NCBI GenBank assembly: GCA_963668645.2
Contig: CAXXWC010000008.1
Coordinates: 32,001-96,000 of the forward strand
DNA length: 64,000 nucleotides
Origin: Desulfobacterales bacterium
Lineage (GTDB): Bacteria > Desulfobacterota > Desulfobacteria > Desulfobacterales > UBA2174
Direction: 5' to 3'
Positions 28,886 through 37,394 of the stretch are shown here, in pieces. The notes under the pieces were generated by a model. It did not search any database and was not told where the DNA came from. It saw only the letters and a list, made by a program, of their open reading frames with translations. The first letter of the stretch is position 1. Each line of letters begins with the position of its first letter. A program made the position numbers and the translations under genes.

Positions 28886-31537
28886 ATGGAATCCTTGCTG
28901 CGCACAGTTCTTTTCGATCAACACGTCGCCCTGGGGGCCAGCATGGTCCCTTTCGGCGGCTGGGAAATGCCGGTCCAGTACCCGGCCGGCATCATTCAGG
29001 AACATTTGGCCACCCGGTGCGAGGCGGGTCTTTTCGACGTTTCGCACATGGGCCGCTTGACCATCGGCGGCCGCGACGCCCTGGCGTTTTTGCAGCGCTG
29101 CCTGACCAACAACGCCGCGGCCCTCGAACCTGGCCAGAGCCAGTACACCCTGGTCGCCGACGAGAACGGAGGCGCCATCGACGACGCTTATCTTTACCGT
29201 TTCGTGCCCGATCGCTACCGCTTGGTGGTCAACGCTGCCAACCGGGAAAAGGTCTGGAGCCATTTGCATAAGATGGCCGCCGGATTCGAGGACCTGACCC
29301 TCAGTGACGACACCCTGGCTACGGCCATGCTCAGCCTACAGGGCCCGCAGAGCAAGACGATTCTCCAAGGCTTGCTCACCGCAGGGAGCCTGCCCGATCC
29401 GCTGCGAAACGCGCTGAGCAGCGGTGTCATCGGCCGGGCGCCGGTGGACATCGGGCGCACCGGGTACACCGGCGAGCCGCTCTGCTTCGAAATTTTTACC
29501 GCCGCCGACCAGGCCGCAGCCATCTGGCAGGCCCTGATCGCCCAAGGGGCACGGCCGGTGGGCCTGGGGGCCCGCGACACCTTGCGCCTGGAGGCCGGCT
29601 TGCCCCTTTACGGCCATGAACTGGGGCCGGATCCCGAAGGGGGCCAGATTCCCATCTTCGCCTCGCCCCTGGCGCGCTTTGCCGTGAGTTTTTCGCCGGT
29701 CAAGGGCGATTTCGTGGGCCGCGAGGCCCTAGGCCGCCAGCAGGCGGCCCTGGTACGCATCCTCAATCGTGATTACGGGGCTCTGGCCGATCTGCCCCGC
29801 CGCATCCTGGCTTTCCAGCTCCAGGAAAAGGGGGTGGCCCGGGCCGGCTGTCCGGTCTGGCAGGCGGACCGGCGAGTGGGTACGGTCACCAGCGCCACCA
29901 TGGTCCCCTACTGGAAGTTCAGCGGCGAAGGGGTCACTTCGATTCCCACCGGCGAGCGGGGCATGCGGGCCATCGGCCTGGCCCTTTTGGACAGCCGTTT
30001 GTTCGAGGGCGATGGCGTCGATATAGAGATCCGCGGGCGCCGCACACCGGCCCTGATCGTTGCCTACAACCTGCGCAGCGAGGCCCCGCCCTATGCCCGG
30101 CCGATTCTCTGCCCGGCGCCGGTCCTGATGCCGGTCAACCCGCCGGCGGTCCACCGCCCGGAGACCGAGGCCCTCGATCTGCTGGGCCGTGCGGTGGCCA
30201 ACACCGAGTGGCGCCAGCGCCGGTGCATCAACCTGATCCCCTCGGAGATGACCGCCTCGCGGGCCGTGCGGTGGCTTTCGATCCTCGATCCGGCCGGCCG
30301 CTACGCCGAGCACAAGGCGGTCAAGGCCTTTTGCGAGGCCGAGGTTTTCTATTACCAGGGGACCGGATTCATCGCCGAGGTCGAGCGGCTGCTCCAGGAG
30401 CAGATGGGGGCTTTTCTGGGAGCGCGGCGCGTCGAGGTGCGTCCGATCTCCGGCCAGATGGCCAACACCACGGTTTTCAGCGCCATGGTGGACTATATCA
30501 ACCGGGCCGACCGCAAGCGCGAGCAGCGGCGCATCGGCAAGATCTTCAACCACCACATCATCCGCGGCGGCCACCTGAGTGCCCAGCCCATGGGGGCCCT
30601 GCGCGATTTCGTGGCCCGCGATCCTGCCACCGACCGGCCGGCGGTGGTCAACTTTCCGGTGCGGGCCGACGATCCGTTCGAGATCGACTTGGCCGCCTGT
30701 GCGGATCTGTTCGAGGTCCAGCGCCCCGAACTGGTGATCCTTGGCCGCAGCATGACCCTCTACCGCGAGCCGGTGCGCGCCATGCGGCGTATGATCGACG
30801 CCCTGGGCCTCGACTGTGTGCTGATGTACGACATGGCCCACGTCCTGGGGCTGGCGGGGCCCCATTTCCAGCGGCCTTTCGAAGAGGGGGCCGACCTGGT
30901 CACCGGATCGACCCACAAGACCTTTTTCGGCCCCCAGCGCGGGGTGGTGGCGGCCGACTGGCCGGCCGAGGACCGCCGCGACGAGCTGTGGCAGGCCATC
31001 TCCCGGCGGGCCTTTCCCGGTTCGGTGAGCAACCACCACCTGGGCACTCTGGTGGGCCTGCTGATGGCCGCTTACGAGATGAACGCCTTCAAGGATGCCT
31101 ACCAGGTCCAGGTGCTGGCCAACGCCAGGGCCCTGGCCAAGGCCCTGGCGTCCTGCGGCCTGGAGGTGGCCGGAGACCCCCAGCGCGGATACACCGAAAC
31201 CCACCAGGTGGTGGTGCGGGTCGGTTACGGCCGCGGGCCCCAGATCGCCCGGCGCCTCGAAGAAAACAATATTATCGTCAACTACCAGGCTACCCCGGAA
31301 GAAGAAGGGTTTACCGCTTCGGGCGCCCTGCGCCTCGGGGTGGCCGAAATGACCCGTTTCGGCATGCAGGCCACCGACTTCGAGACCCTGGCCCAACTGA
31401 TGGCCGAGGTGATCCGCCACGATCGGCCAGTGGCCCAGGCGGTGGCCGATCTGCGCGTTCGTTTCCTTGATCTGCACTTTTGTTTCGATTCCGGGCAGAT
31501 CGAAGACCGGATTGCCGGCCTGGTCCGGGTCATGTAA
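28886..31537 (+). CDS. Fusion of glycine cleavage T-protein and serine hydroxymethyltransferase
   Basis: N-half: FGGWEMPVQY, FDVSHMG, LVVNAAN, RTGYTGE, GARDTLRLEAG (GcvT). C-half: INLIPSE, GGHLS, YDMAH, STHKTFFGPQRG, ALRLG (SHMT). One continuous frame. Confidence 0.92.
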   Translation: MESLLRTVLFDQHVALGASMVPFGGWEMPVQYPAGIIQEHLATRCEAGLFDVSHMGRLTIGGRDALAFLQRCLTNNAAALEPGQSQYTLVADENGGAIDDAYLYRFVPDRYRLVVNAANREKVWSHLHKMAAGFEDLTLSDDTLATAMLSLQGPQSKTILQGLLTAGSLPDPLRNALSSGVIGRAPVDIGRTGYTGEPLCFEIFTAADQAAAIWQALIAQGARPVGLGARDTLRLEAGLPLYGHELGPDPEGGQIPIFASPLARFAVSFSPVKGDFVGREALGRQQAALVRILNRDYGALADLPRRILAFQLQEKGVARAGCPVWQADRRVGTVTSATMVPYWKFSGEGVTSIPTGERGMRAIGLALLDSRLFEGDGVDIEIRGRRTPALIVAYNLRSEAPPYARPILCPAPVLMPVNPPAVHRPETEALDLLGRAVANTEWRQRRCINLIPSEMTASRAVRWLSILDPAGRYAEHKAVKAFCEAEVFYYQGTGFIAEVERLLQEQMGAFLGARRVEVRPISGQMANTTVFSAMVDYINRADRKREQRRIGKIFNHHIIRGGHLSAQPMGALRDFVARDPATDRPAVVNFPVRADDPFEIDLAACADLFEVQRPELVILGRSMTLYREPVRAMRRMIDALGLDCVLMYDMAHVLGLAGPHFQRPFEEGADLVTGSTHKTFFGPQRGVVAADWPAEDRRDELWQAISRRAFPGSVSNHHLGTLVGLLMAAYEMNAFKDAYQVQVLANARALAKALASCGLEVAGDPQRGYTETHQVVVRVGYGRGPQIARRLEENNIIVNYQATPEEEGFTASGALRLGVAEMTRFGMQATDFETLAQLMAEVIRHDRPVAQAVADLRVRFLDLHFCFDSGQIEDRIAGLVRVM

Positions 31538-31604
31538 AAAGAGGCACTTTTCGCTCTTTGACCGTCCCTGCCGGTATCGACCCATGACAGCGAGGAAGTA
31601 AAGG

Positions 31605-32792
31605 ATGCCGCCTTCGAACCACCGGATCGAACACCTCGTCAACCCCCGCCGGCCCTGGGCCGCTGCCGGCCTGCCGGAAGACCTCGATGCGGTTCTGGCC
31701 TTTCACCGCAGCCTGCCCGGCTACGCCCCCACCCCCCTGCACAGTCTTGACCGGCTGGCCGAGCGGTTGGGCCTCAACCGCATCTGGATCAAGGACGAGG
31801 GGCTGCGCTACGGCCTGAAGGCCTTCAAGGCCCTGGGGGCTGCCTACGGTCTTTGCCGGGCTCTATGGCGGCGCCTCGATCTTTCTGCGGATGCGTTGAC
31901 CTTCGACCGGTTCCAATCCCCAGCCCTGCGCGACCGCCTGGCCGCAACGACCTGTGCCACCGCCACCGACGGCAACCACGGCCGGGCCCTGGCCTGGGCG
32001 GCCCGGCATCTCGGCTGCCGGTCCGTGGTCTATATGCCCGGGGGGACATCGGCGGCCCGTATCGCCAACGTGGAAATGTTCGGGGCACGGGTGACGGTGG
32101 TCGACGGGACCTATGACGATGCCGTGGCCCGGGCCACGGCCGACGCCCGGCGAAACGGATGGCTCCTGGTCCAGGATATGGCCTGGGACGGCTATGAAGA
32201 GATCCCCGCCTGGATCATGGACGGGTACCGCACCATCGCAGCCGAATGTTTCCAGGTTCTGGGCAGCCGGAAGCCTTCCCACGTAGTGCTCCAGGCCGGA
32301 GTGGGGTCCTTTGCCGCCGCCATCCAAACCGATCTGCTGGCCCGTTTCGGGGATGTCCGTCCGACCACCGTGGTGGTGGAGCCGGACCGGGCCGCCTGTT
32401 TCTACGAGTCGATGGACGCCGGCGGCGGGCGGGCCAGGAAGGTGGCCGGTGATCTGAAGACGATCATGGCCGGCCTGGCCTGCGGGATGCCGAGCACCCT
32501 GGCCTGGGAGATCCTGTCCAAAAGCGCCGATCTTTTCGTCGCCTGCCCGGACCGGGTGGCCTGCCGCGGCATGCGGGTCCTGGGCAATCCCTTGGCCGGC
32601 GATCCGGCCGTGGTCTCGGGAGAATCCGGGGCCGTGGGCCTGGGGCTGATCTACGAGGCGATGACCGATCCGGGCCTGGCGGATCTCAAAGCGGCCATGG
32701 GGCTCGATGAGGCCAGCCAGGTACTGCTGATCTCCACCGAGGCCGATACCGATCCGGAGATGTACCGGCGCGTGGTGTGGGGCGATGGGTGA
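31605..32792 (+). CDS. dpaL: Diaminopropionate ammonia-lyase
   Basis: PGYAPTPL, KDE..RYGLKAFKALG, TATDGNHGR, QDMAW.GY, QAGVGSFA, TIMAGLACG, SGESGAVG. Confidence 0.9.
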   Translation: MPPSNHRIEHLVNPRRPWAAAGLPEDLDAVLAFHRSLPGYAPTPLHSLDRLAERLGLNRIWIKDEGLRYGLKAFKALGAAYGLCRALWRRLDLSADALTFDRFQSPALRDRLAATTCATATDGNHGRALAWAARHLGCRSVVYMPGGTSAARIANVEMFGARVTVVDGTYDDAVARATADARRNGWLLVQDMAWDGYEEIPAWIMDGYRTIAAECFQVLGSRKPSHVVLQAGVGSFAAAIQTDLLARFGDVRPTTVVVEPDRAACFYESMDAGGGRARKVAGDLKTIMAGLACGMPSTLAWEILSKSADLFVACPDRVACRGMRVLGNPLAGDPAVVSGESGAVGLGLIYEAMTDPGLADLKAAMGLDEASQVLLISTEADTDPEMYRRVVWGDG

Positions 32793-32863
32793 GAGCGGCG
32801 GCCGGCAGAGATGCCGTGCCGGTGGGTACCATTTTACCGCAAATCGATCAGGAGGTAGTTTTC

Positions 32864-33235
32864 ATGGCAGCGATCCTTTACATCTTGAGTATCCTGTGGC
32901 TGGCGCTGGGGGTTTGCATCATCCTGTACACCGCGGATACCCGCGCCGTTTTCAAAACCGTGATGGGCAAAACCGATACGCGCATTCTGGCGGTTTTGCC
33001 GCTGCTGGTCGGCCTGCTTCTGATTGCGGCCGCGTCGGCCAGTTACCAGCCCTGGTTCCTGCGGCTGCTGGGCATTTGCGCCCTGCTCAAGGCGGTCCTT
33101 TTTTTCGCCAACCCGCAAAACCTCGCCACCCGGCTCACCACCTGGTTTCTTGAAACCCTTTCCGAAAACACCTACCGGCTCTGGGGCATCATTGTGGTGA
33201 TCCTGGCCACAGCACTGTTTTCCTGGGTGCGCTAG
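32864..33235 (+). CDS. Small four-TM membrane protein
   Basis: AGGAGG RBS, ATG at 32864, four hydrophobic segments. Confidence 0.75.
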   Translation: MAAILYILSILWLALGVCIILYTADTRAVFKTVMGKTDTRILAVLPLLVGLLLIAAASASYQPWFLRLLGICALLKAVLFFANPQNLATRLTTWFLETLSENTYRLWGIIVVILATALFSWVR

Positions 33236-33253
33236 CTGCCGGAGGGTCCTGAT

Positions 33254-33721
33254 TTGCTGCACATCTTTGTCGACGCCGATGCATGCCCGGTCAAGCCGGA
33301 AGTCTACCGCGTCGCCGGCCGCTATCGTCTCGATGTGACCCTGGTGGCCAACACCTGGATGCGCGTTCCCCGTAAAGGATCGATCCGGCTCCAGGTCGTC
33401 GACGACAGATTCGATGCGGCCGACGACTGGATCGTGGCCAGGGTGCGGCCGGGCGACATCGTGATCACCGCCGACATCGTGCTGGCCAGCCGCTGTCTCG
33501 ACCGGGGTGCACGGGTCGTCGGGCCGGCCGGAAAGCCGTTTACCGAAGACAACATCGGTTCGGCCGTGGCCACCCGTGAACTGCTGGCGGAGCTGCGAAG
33601 CACCGGCGCGATCGCCGGCGGCTCGCCGCCGCTGACCGGCCGTGACCGGTCGCGGTTTTTACAGCAGCTAGACAGCGAGATTCAATCCATCCGCCGCCAG
33701 TATCCGCCCCCATGCCCCTGA
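33254..33721 (+). CDS. YaiI/YqxD (UPF0178) family protein
   Basis: IFVDADACPVK, DAADDWI, DIVITADI.LA; TTG start with GGAGG RBS. Confidence 0.9.
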   Translation: MLHIFVDADACPVKPEVYRVAGRYRLDVTLVANTWMRVPRKGSIRLQVVDDRFDAADDWIVARVRPGDIVITADIVLASRCLDRGARVVGPAGKPFTEDNIGSAVATRELLAELRSTGAIAGGSPPLTGRDRSRFLQQLDSEIQSIRRQYPPPCP

Positions 33722-33758
33722 TCCGGCCGATGCCGCCCAACGATAACCGAAAGGCCTT

Positions 33759-35558
33759 ATGGCTCCCGACGTATTGATCAGCACCCAGTTAATAACCAAG
33801 TCCTACGGAACCCATCCCCTGTTCAGCGATGTCTCACTCCAGGTATGCGCCGGAGAGCGGCTCGGGCTGATCGGTCCCAACGGGGCCGGCAAATCGACCA
33901 TGCTGCGGATCCTCGACGGCCTGGGTACCGCCGACAGCGGGGAGATTTCCCGCCGGCGCGGCACCTGCGTCGTCTACCTGCCCCAGGAAGACGTTTTGGA
34001 TCCGGCCAGGACCGTGGAGCAGACCCTGGCAGAGGCCCTTCCTTCGACGCTGGCGGCTTGGGAGGCCGGGCGGCGGCGGCGCGAAATCCTGAGCCTCATC
34101 GAGGTGGACGACAGTGGACGGACGGTGGGGACCCTGTCCGGCGGGTGGCGCAAGCGGTTGGCCATCGGCCAGGCCTTGCTGCGCCAGCCGAATCTGCTGC
34201 TGATGGACGAGCCGACCAACCACCTCGACCTGGAGGGGATCCTATGGCTGGAAAAGCTGCTCAAGGATGCGCCCTTTGCCTTTGTCCTGGTGAGCCACGA
34301 CCGGTTTTTCCTCGAGCAGACCACCAACCGCATCGTCGAACTGGACCGGCGTTATGCCGGCGGCCTGCTCAAGGTCGAGGGCAACTACAGCACCTTCGTC
34401 GAACGGCGCGAGCACTACCTCCTCGATCAGGCCAAACACGCGGCCGTCCTTTCCAACAAGGTGCGCCGCGAGATCGAATGGCTGCGCCAGGGGGCCAAGG
34501 CGCGCAGCACCAAGGCCAAACACCGCATCGACCAAGCCCATCGACTCCAGGAGGACCTGGCGGCGGTCAAGGGCCGCAACGCGGCCGGCCGCAGCGTGGA
34601 GATCGCCTTTGATGCCACCGGGCGCCGGACCAAGGTCCTGCTCAGCGCCGAGAAGTTGGGCATGCACCGCGGCGCCAGATGTCTCTTCGAGAACCTCGAC
34701 CTGAAGCTCACGCCGGGGCTTTGCCTGGGGATCCTGGGGGCCAACGGGACGGGCAAAAGCACCCTGATCCAGGTCCTCAACGGAACCCTGGCGCCGGGCA
34801 GCGGCCGGGTGCACACGGCCGACGGGCTCAAAATCGTTTCCTTCGACCAGAAGCGCGTGCTGGCCGACCCGGGCCGATCCCTGCGTGAGGTGCTTTCGCC
34901 CGAAGGCGACACGGTCGTCTATCGCGGGCGGCCCTTTCACGTGACGGCCTGGGCCAAGCGCTTCGGCTTTCGCCCCGAGCAGCTCGGCATGCCGGCAGCA
35001 GGCCTTTCAGGCGGTGAGAAGGCGTGCGTGCTCATCGCGGACCTGATGCGCCAGCCGGCCGACATCCTGCTGCTCGACGAGCCGACCAACGACCTGGACA
35101 TTGCGACCCTCGAGGTGCTCGAAGAGAGCCTGGAGGAGTTCGCCGGGGCCGTGGTTCTCATCACCCACGACCGTTTTCTCATAGAGCGTCTCTGCGACCG
35201 GCTGCTGTGCCTCGACGGCAAAGGCGGTGCCTTCTGGTTCGCCGACCACCGCCAGTGGCTGGAATCCCTCCGCCTGCCCGGCGGCGGCGCACCGGTAAAG
35301 GACCGGGGGACGGCCTCGATTTCAGAAAAAAAGCCCCAGAAACTCGCCTACGAGGCCCGCAAGGCCATCGAGCGCATCCAGCGCCAGATCGAAAAGGCCG
35401 AGGCCGCCGCGGCCGACCTTGCAAAGCGGCTCCAGGACCCGGCGATCCAGTGTGACGCCCAACGCCTGGCCCGGCTCTATGAAGAGCACCGGCAGGCCGA
35501 AGAGAACGTCGCCGCGCTCTACCGGCACTGGGAGGCATTGGAGGCCGGGGCGGATTAG
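33759..35558 (+). CDS. uup: ABC-F family ATPase, Uup-like
   Basis: Two ABC domains (GPNGAGKST/LSGG/DEPTN; GANGTGKST/LSGG/DEPTN), EIEWLRQG.KAR.TK linker, C-terminal coiled coil, no TM. Confidence 0.88.
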   Translation: MAPDVLISTQLITKSYGTHPLFSDVSLQVCAGERLGLIGPNGAGKSTMLRILDGLGTADSGEISRRRGTCVVYLPQEDVLDPARTVEQTLAEALPSTLAAWEAGRRRREILSLIEVDDSGRTVGTLSGGWRKRLAIGQALLRQPNLLLMDEPTNHLDLEGILWLEKLLKDAPFAFVLVSHDRFFLEQTTNRIVELDRRYAGGLLKVEGNYSTFVERREHYLLDQAKHAAVLSNKVRREIEWLRQGAKARSTKAKHRIDQAHRLQEDLAAVKGRNAAGRSVEIAFDATGRRTKVLLSAEKLGMHRGARCLFENLDLKLTPGLCLGILGANGTGKSTLIQVLNGTLAPGSGRVHTADGLKIVSFDQKRVLADPGRSLREVLSPEGDTVVYRGRPFHVTAWAKRFGFRPEQLGMPAAGLSGGEKACVLIADLMRQPADILLLDEPTNDLDIATLEVLEESLEEFAGAVVLITHDRFLIERLCDRLLCLDGKGGAFWFADHRQWLESLRLPGGGAPVKDRGTASISEKKPQKLAYEARKAIERIQRQIEKAEAAAADLAKRLQDPAIQCDAQRLARLYEEHRQAEENVAALYRHWEALEAGAD

Positions 35559-35795
35559 AGCCGCCCCGGATTTATTGCACTTGCTCATTTCCAATTGGCT
35601 GGAATCCAACAGATCAGCTGCCAACAGACTTGTTGGAAAATCCTGCCTCAGGAATATCACGGTGGCCGACGGCGTGGTCGCATTTTTCAGAAAGTCCGGG
35701 CCTTGAGCAAGCCTGGTTTCGATTTGTCGCGGATGGTGCTATATTCCTTGCAACGGTCAGTTTCCGTTGCGGATCTTCAACAGGGGAGGTGAGGC

Positions 35796-36254
35796 ATGCT
35801 CAGCGCCAGGAATATCATGAACCGCGAGGTGGTCACCGTGCGGCCGGAAACCGAAATCACCGACGCGGCCCGCATCCTGCTCGAACGCAAGATCAACGGG
35901 GTGCCGGTGGTGGACGAAAAGGGGCGTGTGGTGGGCATCTTGTGCCAGAGCGATCTGATCGTGCAGCAAAAGAAGATGCCCATCCCCTCGCTGTTTACCT
36001 TCCTCGACGGGCTCATCGCCCTGACCTCGATGAAGCAGCTCGAAAAAGAGGTGCGCAAGATCGCCGCTACCGTGGTGGCCGACGCCATGACGCCCGATCC
36101 GGTCACCGTCAAACCGGATACGGGCATCGAGACCGTGGCGGCCCTGATGGTGGACAACAGCTTCCATACCCTGCCGGTGGTCGAGGACGGCCGCCTGGTG
36201 GGCATCATCGGCAAGGCGGACGTGCTGCGCACCCTGACCGGGGAAAACAACTGA
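35796..36254 (+). CDS. CBS-pair domain protein
   Basis: Two CBS repeats (GVPVVD...VGIL; LPVVEDG.LVGII); GGAGGTG RBS. Confidence 0.9.
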   Translation: MLSARNIMNREVVTVRPETEITDAARILLERKINGVPVVDEKGRVVGILCQSDLIVQQKKMPIPSLFTFLDGLIALTSMKQLEKEVRKIAATVVADAMTPDPVTVKPDTGIETVAALMVDNSFHTLPVVEDGRLVGIIGKADVLRTLTGENN

Positions 36255-36284
36255 ATCCATCTGCCATCTTCAAGGAGTTATTCG

Positions 36285-37316
36285 ATGCGTCTTGGCATCA
36301 TCGGCCTGCCCCAGTCGGGCAAGGCCACCGTTTTCGAGGCCCTGACCGGTTCTGCCATCGATCCCGGCCAGCGCATGGAGAGCCGCATCGGCACGGTGCC
36401 GGTCCCCGATGAACGCGTGGACCGGCTCAGTGCCATGTACCGGCCGCGCAAGACCACCTACGCCCAGGTGGAGTATTTTCTGCCCGGCCGCCAGGGCGGA
36501 GGGGAAAAGGGGCGCGACCCCAGCGTCTGGGTCCCGGTGCGCGACTGCGACGCCCTGATTCACGTGGTGCGCAACTTCGGCGGCTACGGTTTCGAGGCTC
36601 CCGATCCCAAGCGCGATTTTGCGGCCCTCGATCAGGAGCTGATCCTGGCCGATCTGGTGGTGGCCGAAAAGCGCATCGAGCGCCTGGCCCAGGAAAAACA
36701 GCGCGGCCGCCAAATGGATATCGAGGAGCTCGACCTGCTCAAGACCTGCCTGGGACACCTCGAAAACGAGGTTCCGCTGCGCCGTTTCCCCGAACTGGCC
36801 GGCCACCCCAAACTGCGCGGCTTCGCCTTTGTCTCGGGAAAACCGATGCTGGTCCTGTTCAACAACGAAGACGAGGACGCAACCCTGCCGGCCGTTGGTC
36901 CTGTGTCCGAAATCGAGGCCTGCATGGTGCTGCGGGGCAAGCTCGAACAGGAATTGTCCCAGATGAGCCCCGAGGAGGCCGAAGCCTTTTTGACCGAGTT
37001 CGCCATCCAGGCCTCGGCCACCGATCGGGTCATCGCCGGATCCTACCGTCTGCAGGGATTGATTTCGTTTTTCACCGTGGGCGAAGACGAGGTGCGGGCC
37101 TGGACCATCCGTTGCGGTACCCCGGCCCTGGATGCCGCCGGCGCCATCCATTCGGATCTCAAGCAGGGCTTTATCCGCGCCGAGGTGGTCGCCTACGAGG
37201 ACCTGATCGCCGCCGGCGGCCTGCCCGAAGCGCGCAAGCTCGGCACGTTCCGGCTGGAGGGCAAGACATACGAAGTCAAGGACGGGGATGTGGTGCATAT
37301 CCGTTTCAATATCTGA
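36285..37316 (+). CDS. YchF/OLA1-like protein with degenerate G-domain motifs
   Basis: VPDERVD.L, HVVRNF, EL.LADL, C-terminal TGS/DUF933 (FFTVGEDEVRAW, AAGAIHSD..GFIRAEV, RLEGK.Y.V.DGD). Confidence 0.85.
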   Translation: MRLGIIGLPQSGKATVFEALTGSAIDPGQRMESRIGTVPVPDERVDRLSAMYRPRKTTYAQVEYFLPGRQGGGEKGRDPSVWVPVRDCDALIHVVRNFGGYGFEAPDPKRDFAALDQELILADLVVAEKRIERLAQEKQRGRQMDIEELDLLKTCLGHLENEVPLRRFPELAGHPKLRGFAFVSGKPMLVLFNNEDEDATLPAVGPVSEIEACMVLRGKLEQELSQMSPEEAEAFLTEFAIQASATDRVIAGSYRLQGLISFFTVGEDEVRAWTIRCGTPALDAAGAIHSDLKQGFIRAEVVAYEDLIAAGGLPEARKLGTFRLEGKTYEVKDGDVVHIRFNI

Positions 37317-37394
37317 AAAATCCGTATAGCCGGACTTCTCGGATCCAATACCCCAAGGTGGACTGCGGCAGGCAGCTGCCGGCCCGAATTGCCC

